Source: Candidatus Margulisiibacteriota bacterium (GTDB lineage Bacteria > Margulisbacteria > WOR-1 > O2-12-FULL-45-9). From it: a DNA stretch of 18,255 nucleotides. Within the stretch, counting starts at the first letter, position 1. Every line of letters starts with the position of its first letter. Of the stretch, positions 8,972 through 17,331 are shown one piece after another. The notes under the pieces were generated by a model. It saw only the letters and a program-made list of their open reading frames with translations, did no database searches and had not been told where the DNA came from. The DNA lies in assembly GCA_034723395.1 (NCBI GenBank), contig JAYEOW010000011.1, positions 1-18,255 of the forward strand. Direction: 5' to 3'. The position numbers were made by a program, and so were the translations under genes.

Positions 8972-10009
8972 ATGATCTCTATTCAAAACCCAGGACACAA
9001 TAGTGGGATTACAAGAAGAACTTTATTACAACTTTCTTTACGCACAGGAGCTGCACTGGTGGGCAGTGGACTGGTACACTCATGCAAAAGAAAGGGAAGA
9101 ATTAAAGCACTAGCCATAACTCCCAAGGAAACAACCCTAAAACTGCTGGAAGAGATCAAGCACAAGAGCCTTATGTCCCCCAGATACGGGTTTTTTATCA
9201 AAAAAATGATCGAGTTAATCAAAACCAACAGACTGCACGTTAAATATCTGGACACCGCAGACCCGCAAAGACCCGATAGATATAATTCTAAGACCGACAC
9301 CATCGAGATCAATCCTGTAACTCTTGAACTGCGCGCAAAATCATCCTTCATTCACGAGCTCTTTCACGCTTATCAGGATTGGCAAAGGAAAGCGGGCCCA
9401 AACTCATTTGTAGAAGCCGAGGCCTACCTGGCTGAAAACGACTATCTCTTCCATTGCCACGATGCTCCCGGATTAGAAGCCTGGCTAAGCATTGAAACTG
9501 ATCCCAAAGAAAAGAAAGATTTCCTCTTTGGATTTAACGCTCCCGCTTCGTTAATAAAAAGGATTTCCAATGCGGATTTTCATTCGCACGGATATCATCA
9601 AGCGGTCAAATTAACTGCCTACAATTATATATGGGCAACTACTTTCTTCACTGTATCTAAACGGGTTTTGGGCGTTCTTTCATTCCTAAAGCGATCGGCA
9701 ATGGACGACAATACAGTCCTGCGTTATCGGGCATTCCACTTGCATAGAATGCAATCCCTGAGCAACAGCCAGACTTTGCAGGTCCGGATAATTGGGGCGG
9801 AAGTAAGTTGGAAGGTATCAGATGCTATCATGCAGTTTGTAGGGAGCAGCCGTTATTTAATAAGAAAACTATGGGGATCCGGGAAAAAGGCCGAAGCCCA
9901 GGCACTTTTAAGCAGAACTTTTGAAGAATTTAAGCACGCGCTCCAATCCTCCGCCCGGATCTATACGCTCGACCAGCTCAAGCCGGAGATTTTTGACGGG
10001 ATAAAGTAA
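8972..10009 (+). CDS. Hypothetical HExxH zinc-metallopeptidase-like protein with twin-arginine-like N-terminus
   Basis: TRRTLL plus hydrophobic stretch ending in Cys. [10 protein letters not shown] followed by EAEAY. AGAGG RBS upstream. Confidence 0.72.
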   Translation: MISIQNPGHNSGITRRTLLQLSLRTGAALVGSGLVHSCKRKGRIKALAITPKETTLKLLEEIKHKSLMSPRYGFFIKKMIELIKTNRLHVKYLDTADPQRPDRYNSKTDTIEINPVTLELRAKSSFIHELFHAYQDWQRKAGPNSFVEAEAYLAENDYLFHCHDAPGLEAWLSIETDPKEKKDFLFGFNAPASLIKRISNADFHSHGYHQAVKLTAYNYIWATTFFTVSKRVLGVLSFLKRSAMDDNTVLRYRAFHLHRMQSLSNSQTLQVRIIGAEVSWKVSDAIMQFVGSSRYLIRKLWGSGKKAEAQALLSRTFEEFKHALQSSARIYTLDQLKPEIFDGIK

Positions 10010-10128
10010 AATGATTATTTTTAAAAACGTAAGAACCGCCATGCAAAAATGCCGAGATTGGAGGACGCATAGAAAAAAGGAATCGGAGACCTTAATTAGT
10101 TGATGAAATAAAAAAGAGCGGTAAAAGT

Positions 10129-10350
10129 TTGCGTGCGATCAGCAAATTATGGAAAAAACTAGGAAAGAGATTGGCCTCCGTTCCAAAAAGCTCAAGACGG
10201 ACTAACCTCATTAATAAATCTATCCAAACGATTGGCAAGAAGCCACTTCCCGATCAGATCATGATTTCAACTAAGGCATTAAAATACATCCTGGGTCCAG
10301 CCGACCTTTCCCATTTTGATGTTACTTATCAATTTGACGGAATTAATTAA
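10129..10350 (+). pseudogene. Possible remnant of a paralog of the 8972-10009 gene
   Basis: Ends in FDGIN* versus FDGIK* upstream. TTG start only; the frame is open from about 10096 and blocked by stops before that. Confidence 0.35.
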
Positions 10351-10667
10351 ATAAACTTATTAAAAAAGCAACTCCGCGCCCCGGTATGGCAGGCAATATC
10401 CCCTACCTGCTCGATCTTAGCCAAGATCGCGTCCGCGTCGCAGTCGTAATACATTTCCTTTACTTTTTGAATGTGGCCTGAAGTATCCCCCTTGTGCCAC
10501 AAAACCCTGCGCGAGCGGCTCCAATAAGTCATTTCCTTGATTTCTAAAGTTTTTTGCAAAGATTCTTTGTTCATATAAGCGAGCATTAGAACGGTCCCAT
10601 CTTTATAATCCTGAGCGATGACCGGAACTAATCCATCTTTATTAAATTTGATCTTATCGATATCCAT
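10347..10667 (-). CDS. hisI: Phosphoribosyl-AMP cyclohydrolase
   Basis: GLVPVIAQD...VLMLAYMN...YWSRSR...KGDTSGH...DCDADA...[10 protein letters not shown]. Confidence 0.97.
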   Translation of the reverse strand: MDIDKIKFNKDGLVPVIAQDYKDGTVLMLAYMNKESLQKTLEIKEMTYWSRSRRVLWHKGDTSGHIQKVKEMYYDCDADAILAKIEQVGDIACHTGARSCFFNKFI

Positions 10668-13600
10668 TAGAAACTTACCTCCTCAGTTTTCTTTTCGATC
10701 TTAACCGACTTGAACTCCACCTTTACCGCTCCGGTACCCAATAATTTCTCCAACTCGGCAACCAGGTCGGGATTGATCTCGACATTGTATTCCGGTCCAA
10801 GCTCGATCCTTTTCCCATCCATCCGGATCAATACCGGATCGGTCCCATTAGATGATAATAACATATCTTTCAACTTAGCAAGGATATTTTTATCTTTCAC
10901 CCCCACTAGCTCAACATGCAGGGAACGTTTTTTCTCCATTGCCGCCATCGGATCGACGCCTTCGGCAACAACATTATGTTCATCGGTTCGCATGTCGCGG
11001 TTAACCTTCCCCCTTACTATAACCACTTGGTCGTTATTACATAGCTCCGAACACTTTTTATACGTTTTCGGGAAGACGATCAACTGGATATCTCCCGAAA
11101 GGTCTTCGATGCTTCCGATCATCATCAGGTCGCCCTTCTTGGTTGTGATCCGCCGGCAAGATGACAAAAGCCCGCCGATCGTAATCACGTTCCCTTCCCG
11201 CATCTCCGGAATATCAGCGATCTTTGTACTCGTTTGTCCCTCTAAAGAATCAGCGACAAACTGGAGCGGATGGGACGAGATATACATTCCCAGCATATCT
11301 TTCTCCATCTTAAGCAGCTCTTCGGGAGAGAACTCTTCTACCACGACATTATTATCAACCGGCGCATGATGGGAGACCTCAGACGATTGGAAAAGAACCG
11401 CTTGTCCGTTCGCCCTCTCCTTCTGCTCCACACTCGCCCGGCTCAAGACCTTGGCCAGCGCCCCCAGCTGATAAGCCCGGCTCGACCCGAAAGAGTCAAA
11501 GGCTCCCGACTTGACCAAGCTTTCAATAACCTTTTTATTTACCGCCCGGGTATCGACCCGCTGGCAAAAATCGGTCAGCGATTTAAAATATCCATCACTT
11601 TTCTTACGTTCGATAATGCAGTCGATCGCCGCCACCCCTACGTTCCGCACCGCCGATAGACCAAAACGAATCCCCTCCTTGGTGACCGTAAAATTCCGAT
11701 AACTCTCGTTAATATCGGGAGCGAAGACCTTAATCCCCAATCTCCTGGTCTCATTAATATACATGGTAACCTTATCGGTATTCCCCATTACCGAGGTTAA
11801 CAGGGCTGCCATAAATTCTTCTGGATAGTTCGCCTTTAAATATGCGGTTTGGTAAGAAATTACTCCATAAGCGGTCGAGTGCGATTTATTAAAACCGTAA
11901 CCGGCAAATTTAGCGACCAGGTTAAAGAGTTCGGTAGCTTTATGCCTGGATACCCCGCGTTTTACCGCCCCCTCAACAAAAAACTCTTTCTGCTGATGCA
12001 TCTCCTTGCTTTTCTTTTTCCCCATGGCGCGGCGCAGAAGGTCAGCTTGTCCCATACTAAAACCGCCTACCTTGCTTGCGATCTCCATGACCTGTTCCTG
12101 GTAAAGGATCGTCCCGTGGGTTTCGCGTAAGATCGGCTGGAGTTCGGGAAGCATGTATTTGACCGGGATCTTGCGATGTTTCCTTTTTACATAGTCATCG
12201 ACCATTCCACTCTCCAGCGGTCCCGGACGATAGAGCGCCAGCAGCGCGACAATCTCTTCAAAATTATTCGGCTGGAGATCTTTGATCAACCCCCTCATCC
12301 CCCGGCTCTCTAGCTGAAAGACCCCTACCGTCTCACCACTGCTGAAAAGATTATAAGTTGCCTGGTCATCCAGGGGTATTTCATTAAGATCGATATCCTC
12401 ACCCCGCGCCTGTTTGATAATCTGCAGTGAATGCGCAATCATGGTAAGGTTTCGCAATCCAAGAAAGTCCATCTTGAGCAGGCCGATTTTCTCCAGGTCC
12501 CCCATCGGATACTGGGTGACGATTACATTTTCATCTAATTTCTGGAGCGGCGCGTAATCATTTATGGGATTCTCCGAAATAACAACTCCTGCAGCGTGTA
12601 CCGAAGCATGACGGGAAAGCCCTTCGAGCTTCCTGGCGGTATCCAGCAAGGTCTTTATTATCTCATCTTTATCATAACGCTCTTTTAACTCCTTAACTGT
12701 CTCCAGCGCTTTATCTAAATCCATATCCGGGCCAAAAGGGATCATCTTGGCAAGCTTATCTACTTCGGAGAGTGGGACACGCTGCACGCGACCTACATCC
12801 CTAATTGCCGCCCGCGCCGCCATCGTCCCGAAGGTGACGATTTGGGCAACGTGGTCCTGGCCGTATTTTTTCGCTACATACTCGATAACTTCGTTTCGGC
12901 GTTCGATGCAGAAATCGATATCAATATCGGGCATCGATATTCGTTCGATATTTAAAAATCTCTCAAAGATCAACCCGTACTTTAAAGGATCGACATTGGT
13001 AATCCCTAAAGCATAGGAAACGATACTTCCCGCAGCCGATCCCCTTCCCGGCCCCACCTGGATCCCCTGTCTTTTAGCATAGTTAATAAAATCTTGAACG
13101 ATCAAAAAGTAAGCGGCATACTCCATTTTTTCGATCGTATACAATTCATACTTTACCCGGTCGATAATTTCGGGAGGAAGGAGAGTTTTATCTTCATCTG
13201 CCTTCCCGTATATCTTCTTTACCCCTTCCCAAACCAGATTCTCCAAAAATGTTTCTGGAGTCTCTCCCTCCGGGACCGGGAAATGAGGCAGGTGGAGCTT
13301 ACCGATCTCGATCTCGAGGTTACACTTATCAGCGATTTCGATCGTACTTTTTATCGCCTCGGGGTAATCCTTAAAGAGTTCCTTCATCTCTTCTGGAGAT
13401 TTAAGGTAGAAGTCCTCGGTTTCTAACTTCATCCTTTTAACGTCGTCCAGGAAAGAGGCAGTTTGGATACATAAGAGAACATCTTGCGAATAAGCATCCT
13501 CTTTACGCACATAATGAACATCGTTAGTAGCGACAACCTTGATCGACAACTCTTTCCCTAATTTGACCAGTTGCGGGACTACATCCTTAAAATCATTTAA

Positions 13601-14143
13601 CCCGAGATCCTGCAGTTCGAGATAGTAATCATCCCCAAACAAGCTCTTATACCAGAAGGCCGCTTTTTTTGCCTTGTCATACTCACCTTTAACGATTAAA
13701 GATGGGACTTCCCCCTTTGGGCATCCGGAGAGGATAATCAGCCCACGATGGTATTTTTGCAGGAGCTCCCGGTCGATCCGCGGCCGAGAGTAGAATCCTT
13801 CAATTGAGGCCAAAGATACCAACCTCATCAGGTTCCTATATCCCTGCTGATCCCTGGCCAGTACGGTCAGATGATAAGGAGAACGGTCTTCTTTGGTCTC
13901 TTTATTGAACCGGGAGCGGGGAGCGACATAAACTTCACAGCCGATAATCGGCTTTATCCCGGCCGCTTTCGCTGCCTGATAGAATTTAATGGTCCCATAC
14001 ATCGCCCCATGGTCGGTCAGGGCCAAAGCGGGCATCCCCTCTTTCTTAGCAGTCTCAATTAGATTGGGTATACGACCGGCGCCGTCTAAAAGACTAAACT
14101 GTGAGTGACAATGGAGATGTACAAATTTACCTTTGTGAGGCAT
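10667..14143 (-). CDS. dnaE: DNA polymerase III alpha subunit
   Basis: PHP domain [46 protein letters not shown]-terminal OB fold. Likely start ATG 14143 (MPHKGKF). Confidence 0.98.
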   Translation of the reverse strand: MPHKGKFVHLHCHSQFSLLDGAGRIPNLIETAKKEGMPALALTDHGAMYGTIKFYQAAKAAGIKPIIGCEVYVAPRSRFNKETKEDRSPYHLTVLARDQQGYRNLMRLVSLASIEGFYSRPRIDRELLQKYHRGLIILSGCPKGEVPSLIVKGEYDKAKKAAFWYKSLFGDDYYLELQDLGLNDFKDVVPQLVKLGKELSIKVVATNDVHYVRKEDAYSQDVLLCIQTASFLDDVKRMKLETEDFYLKSPEEMKELFKDYPEAIKSTIEIADKCNLEIEIGKLHLPHFPVPEGETPETFLENLVWEGVKKIYGKADEDKTLLPPEIIDRVKYELYTIEKMEYAAYFLIVQDFINYAKRQGIQVGPGRGSAAGSIVSYALGITNVDPLKYGLIFERFLNIERISMPDIDIDFCIERRNEVIEYVAKKYGQDHVAQIVTFGTMAARAAIRDVGRVQRVPLSEVDKLAKMIPFGPDMDLDKALETVKELKERYDKDEIIKTLLDTARKLEGLSRHASVHAAGVVISENPINDYAPLQKLDENVIVTQYPMGDLEKIGLLKMDFLGLRNLTMIAHSLQIIKQARGEDIDLNEIPLDDQATYNLFSSGETVGVFQLESRGMRGLIKDLQPNNFEEIVALLALYRPGPLESGMVDDYVKRKHRKIPVKYMLPELQPILRETHGTILYQEQVMEIASKVGGFSMGQADLLRRAMGKKKSKEMHQQKEFFVEGAVKRGVSRHKATELFNLVAKFAGYGFNKSHSTAYGVISYQTAYLKANYPEEFMAALLTSVMGNTDKVTMYINETRRLGIKVFAPDINESYRNFTVTKEGIRFGLSAVRNVGVAAIDCIIERKKSDGYFKSLTDFCQRVDTRAVNKKVIESLVKSGAFDSFGSSRAYQLGALAKVLSRASVEQKERANGQAVLFQSSEVSHHAPVDNNVVVEEFSPEELLKMEKDMLGMYISSHPLQFVADSLEGQTSTKIADIPEMREGNVITIGGLLSSCRRITTKKGDLMMIGSIEDLSGDIQLIVFPKTYKKCSELCNNDQVVIVRGKVNRDMRTDEHNVVAEGVDPMAAMEKKRSLHVELVGVKDKNILAKLKDMLLSSNGTDPVLIRMDGKRIELGPEYNVEINPDLVAELEKLLGTGAVKVEFKSVKIEKKTEEVSF

Positions 14144-14151
14144 AACAAGCC

Positions 14152-14180
14152 ATTCTAACAAAAAAGGCTATAAGCCGCAA
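14152..14180 (-). promoter_or_regulatory. Sigma70 promoter for dnaE
   Basis: TTGCGG-N17-TAGAAT with TG extension, 8 nt upstream of the ATG. Confidence 0.6.
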
Positions 14181-14200
14181 GATTGCGCCTATAGCCTTTT
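14162..14200. terminator. Intrinsic terminator (probably bidirectional) downstream of the DUF5679-like gene
   Basis: AAAAGGCTATA (14162-14172) / TATAGCCTTTT (14190-14200) inverted repeat, with a T-run on the minus strand. Confidence 0.7.
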
Positions 14201-14224
14201 AGTTTGGGAAACCGAGACGTTTAG

Positions 14225-14244
14225 CCTGCCTGCCGGCAGGCAGG
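14225..14244. repeat. 20-bp perfect palindrome CCTGCCTGCCGGCAGGCAGG (REP-like)
   Basis: Self-complementary, nested inside a larger hairpin at 14203-14265. Confidence 0.85.
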
Positions 14245-14265
14245 TCTCATCAGGTTTCCGACAAA

Positions 14266-14406
14266 TTATCCGCCGATCTTAAACATCTTGGTACCACATA
14301 CAGGACAGGTCCCCTTGGTAGCTTTTCTCCCATTCTTCATGGTGACTGCTTTAGGATCTTTCATCTCCTGCTTCTTTTTGCATTTTACACAGTATCCTGA
14401 AGTCAT
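14266..14406 (-). CDS. 46-aa basic zinc-ribbon protein, DUF5679-like (not in ORF track)
   Basis: MTSGYCVKCKKKQEMKDPKAVTMKNGRKATKGTCPVCGTKMFKIGG*. Two CxxC pairs; AAGGAGGTG RBS at 14411-14419. Confidence 0.92.
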   Translation of the reverse strand: MTSGYCVKCKKKQEMKDPKAVTMKNGRKATKGTCPVCGTKMFKIGG

Positions 14407-14448
14407 CTCGCACCTCCTTTAAAGTGGTTTTGCTTAACTTCTAAAAAG

Positions 14449-14477
14449 ATTGTAGAATTATACCAGGGGTTTGTCAA
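14449..14477 (-). promoter_or_regulatory. Near-consensus sigma70 promoter for the DUF5679-like gene
   Basis: TTGACA (14472-14477)-N17-TACAAT (14449-14454). An additional TGgTATAAT lies within the spacer. Confidence 0.75.
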
Positions 14478-14496
14478 GGCGCTTTATCGCAGCATA

Positions 14497-14523
14497 CAAG
14501 TTTTTCCCTCTAAACCCCGATAA
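14497..14523 (+). promoter_or_regulatory. Sigma28 (FliA/SigD)-like promoter
   Basis: CAAG-N15-CCCGATAA, 11 nt before ATG 14535. Confidence 0.5.
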
Positions 14524-14534
14524 ATACTATAGAT

Positions 14535-15314
14535 ATGGCAGAACAAGGAATACAAGGAATAAACCCGAATATCAGTGCGCAGGCCGAAGGGATCGCCGGA
14601 TCGGCAGCGGTCAACTTTACCGGCACCGAGCGTAAGATTATTGAAGAGCTGGGCGGCAAGCTCGATCCCAAAACCTCTTTTATGGAACTCTTTAAAAATA
14701 AACCTTTGAATGCCAAGGTCGAGAATCAAGAAACTACCGTTAAGCGGCATCAGGATATCAATAAGATGGAACGGCAAGTCGTTGACCATCGGAAGATGTT
14801 GAAAGAGTCTCCTCACCTTGTACCGCGTGAACGGGTGGAGATCAAAAAAGATCTGCCGGATAAATTTGAAGAATCAGAAAAACCGATAGTTAGTGTTTCA
14901 GATGAAGACTCTGCTTCGATCAAAAATAAGAAAGATAATAAATTGCACGAAAATACGGTCGCGATCGTTAAAGAATTAAACCTTAATCCTTCTGAGATCA
15001 TGGACAAGTTCAATCTCGAACAGAAAGGGCTGCTTAGCCTGGTCAGCCGCATTAAAGATCTCCACTTAAAGCGCCTATTAACCGAGAGCGAAGTAGAATT
15101 TAAATCGGTCTCAGATACAATCAAAAAAACCTCCCTCTCTTCGGCAAAACCAGAAGCCAGGGAGTGGCTATCATCCCAATTAGACAAACTTACCAAAGAG
15201 GCCGCGATCTACAAATTGAAACTTTCAAAATCACTCCAAGCGATCGAATATACCGAAAAAAGAGAAGAAAATATTAATTGGCTGACAAAGTCTATCGCAC
15301 TGCTATCGGCCTAA
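14535..15314 (+). CDS. Hypothetical protein, K/E-rich, predicted helical C-terminal half
   Basis: 259-aa ORF filling the gap between divergent and convergent genes. No family recognised. Confidence 0.75.
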   Translation: MAEQGIQGINPNISAQAEGIAGSAAVNFTGTERKIIEELGGKLDPKTSFMELFKNKPLNAKVENQETTVKRHQDINKMERQVVDHRKMLKESPHLVPRERVEIKKDLPDKFEESEKPIVSVSDEDSASIKNKKDNKLHENTVAIVKELNLNPSEIMDKFNLEQKGLLSLVSRIKDLHLKRLLTESEVEFKSVSDTIKKTSLSSAKPEAREWLSSQLDKLTKEAAIYKLKLSKSLQAIEYTEKREENINWLTKSIALLSA

Positions 15315-16060
15315 AGCGCTCCAAAAACTTTGTGTACCTGAGGAATTACCCGCACATTTTTTAACCTCCGCTTTGAAATAGCATGCAGCGCCATGATCTG
15401 GTCAGGATTCGGACCGTGCCTGATCGGCCCATGAGGTGTTACAGGCTGAAGGACTAACGGAATGTTTTCATCAACTTCTGCAATCAAAGAAGTTGCCTCA
15501 TCGATCTCCCTTACCTTCGTCTCCCGGCTAAAGACCATCTTAACAAATACTTCTTTCATAAAGGCGATCTCGAGCGCCTTCTTATGCTCCTTCCAGTATG
15601 GGGAAAGGCCGGTGGCACTCGGCAGTTTAATATCAAAGGCGATAATATCCACCAGATCGACCACCTCGGCCAAATGGTCGGGAAGAACACCATTTGTCTC
15701 CAAATAAATCTTTGATTTGATCTCGGGGAGAAAAATCTTTAAAAAATCGATCTGCAGGAGCGGCTCCCCGCCGGTTAGGCTAATAGAATGGTTTACATCA
15801 CGCGGTTTATCGAAGGCGTTGACCAGCTCGACCAGCTGTGGAACAGTGGCTGGATTATTAAACTTCTCAAAATTCTTTTTCCCGGGGGTAACTTCGACCT
15901 TAAACTCTTTAGGGATAACTAATGCTTGCGGTGAATCACAATACTGGCAAGCTAAATTACAACCGGCAAAGCGGACGAAGGTCTGGCGCTCACCGAGGTA
16001 GAGCCCCTCACCCTGGATCGAATTGAAGACCTCACATATCTGTGCTTGGTTCTGGCTCAT
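15311..16060 (-). CDS. queE: 7-carboxy-7-deazaguanine synthase (radical SAM)
   Basis: EVFNSIQGEG...FVRFAGCNLACQYCDS, SLTGGEPLLQ, YLETNG, RVIPQVHK. ATG at 16060. Confidence 0.92.
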   Translation of the reverse strand: MSQNQAQICEVFNSIQGEGLYLGERQTFVRFAGCNLACQYCDSPQALVIPKEFKVEVTPGKKNFEKFNNPATVPQLVELVNAFDKPRDVNHSISLTGGEPLLQIDFLKIFLPEIKSKIYLETNGVLPDHLAEVVDLVDIIAFDIKLPSATGLSPYWKEHKKALEIAFMKEVFVKMVFSRETKVREIDEATSLIAEVDENIPLVLQPVTPHGPIRHGPNPDQIMALHAISKRRLKNVRVIPQVHKVFGAL

Positions 16061-16577
16061 GTACAAGCTCGTCTAAGCTATGGATTCCAAATTGCCGCAT
16101 AAAGTGCTCGGTTGTTCCGTATAAATAAGGACAGCCAACCGCGTCGCTCCTGCCAACCTCCTTGATCAATCCCTTGGCTAAAAGGGTATCGATCGGCCCG
16201 TCACTGTTTACACCACGGATCCGTTCGATTTCCGCGCGAGTCGCCGGTTGTTTGTAGGCAATAATTGCTAAGGTAACTAACGACTGTGGCGAAAGGGTGA
16301 TCGAAACTTTTTGATGTAAAAGGTTGTTAACATAATCAGCATTCGCGGCATTGGTCCCCATTAAATATCCGCCCGCAACTTTTACGATATTTATCCCCCG
16401 CCCCTGATAAACCAGCAACAGCTCTTCCAAACAAGCGGTTACGTTCTCTTTGGTTACCGGATGGCTGTGTTCGGACCCGACCTCATTTACCACCTTGATG
16501 ACCTCCTCTGGCCCAAGTGGTTTCCGTGCCACGAATAACAGTGACTCGATCACACTTTTAAGCTTGTCCAATTTCAA
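16032..16577 (-). CDS. scpB: SMC-Scp complex subunit ScpB
   Basis: IESLLF...VAGGY...TLAIIAYKQPATRAEIERIRGVNS...LYGTT...F. The true start may be the TTG at 16571, based on RBS spacing. Confidence 0.95.
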   Translation of the reverse strand: MKLDKLKSVIESLLFVARKPLGPEEVIKVVNEVGSEHSHPVTKENVTACLEELLLVYQGRGINIVKVAGGYLMGTNAANADYVNNLLHQKVSITLSPQSLVTLAIIAYKQPATRAEIERIRGVNSDGPIDTLLAKGLIKEVGRSDAVGCPYLYGTTEHFMRQFGIHSLDELVHEPEPSTDM

Positions 16578-17325
16578 CTTCCTCCTTTTGAGTTTTCGGC
16601 ATGATCATGATCGATCCAAATCGTCCGCCCTGGGTAATTCGGATAGAATTCAACTTAGCCAGTTCAAGGATCGCCAGGAAGGTGACCACAATCTCGATCC
16701 TGGTCTTTCGGATAAATATATCTTCGAAAGCGACCCCTCGGCTCTTGCAAGCTAGCATTTGCCTGATTTCGGCGACACGGTCTTCAAGGGTGACTTCCTC
16801 GGCCGCGATATGGAAAACATTTTCCCGCTCGGTCGCTTCATTGTATACACGCTGGAAAGCGGAGACAAGATCTCTCAGCGAAACATCCTTAAGTTCAAAC
16901 TCCCGCTCCTGCCGCTCCCCTTCGTGGCGTCCATAGACACGGCTAAATACATTTTTTCGCTCCTTCAGGGTCTGGGCCAGGTTTTTAAAGGCTTCGTACT
17001 CCTGGATATGGGAGACAAGAGAATCTTCAACGCCATCCAGCAGTTCATCGCCCAATATATCTTCGCGTTTGGGCAGGATCGATTTTGTCTTTAGCTCCAA
17101 CAGATAAGCGGCCATAAAGATAAAATCGGAAGCGGCAACCAGAGGGGGCGCCTCTCTTTTCCAGTATTCAAAATAACTCTTTACGATCTGAGATAAAGAA
17201 ACCTGGTGGACATTGATCTCCCCATCATCGATCGCTTTTAAAAGAAGATCAAAAGGTCCTTTGTAAACATCAAGTTCCACATTGTAATTATCTTCTACAT
17301 TAATTTGACATTTGTCATTTGTCAT
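16558..17325 (-). CDS. scpA: Segregation and condensation protein A (kleisin)
   Basis: YKGPFDLLL...FIFMAAYLLELKTKSILP...IVVTFLAILEL...Q...FG. Exact start uncertain. Confidence 0.93.
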   Translation of the reverse strand: MTNDKCQINVEDNYNVELDVYKGPFDLLLKAIDDGEINVHQVSLSQIVKSYFEYWKREAPPLVAASDFIFMAAYLLELKTKSILPKREDILGDELLDGVEDSLVSHIQEYEAFKNLAQTLKERKNVFSRVYGRHEGERQEREFELKDVSLRDLVSAFQRVYNEATERENVFHIAAEEVTLEDRVAEIRQMLACKSRGVAFEDIFIRKTRIEIVVTFLAILELAKLNSIRITQGGRFGSIMIMPKTQKEEVEIGQA

Positions 17326-17330
17326 TTGAA
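17303..17330. repeat. Heptamer tandem repeat (ATTTGWM x4)
   Basis: ATTTGAC ATTTGTC ATTTGTC ATTTGAA across the trpS-scpA junction. Confidence 0.75.
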
Positions 17331-17331
17331 A

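Noticed and set aside
8896..8973. N-terminal extension of UvrA in the ORF track, and an SOS box
   Set aside because: Homology begins at MSSEKIII and the extension covers promoter DNA. No LexA-type palindrome is recognisable.
10011..10103. 30-aa ORF MIIFKNVRTAMQK... after the HExxH gene (possible immunity peptide)
   Set aside because: Very short and featureless; more likely part of decayed sequence.
10710..11369. 219-aa antisense ORF and other shadow ORFs inside uvrA, dnaE, scpA, trpS and the adhesin
   Set aside because: They lie wholly within well-supported genes and show no motifs or translation signals.
10667..14143. Intein or split in dnaE
   Set aside because: Length and motif order are those of an uninterrupted DnaE.
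14207..14259. Hammerhead-ribozyme-like core on the minus strand (CUGAUGAG-stem-CUAAAC)
   Set aside because: The catalytic GAAA reads UAAA, stem III cannot form properly, and no valid NUH site abuts stem I. A simple bulged hairpin explains the sequence.
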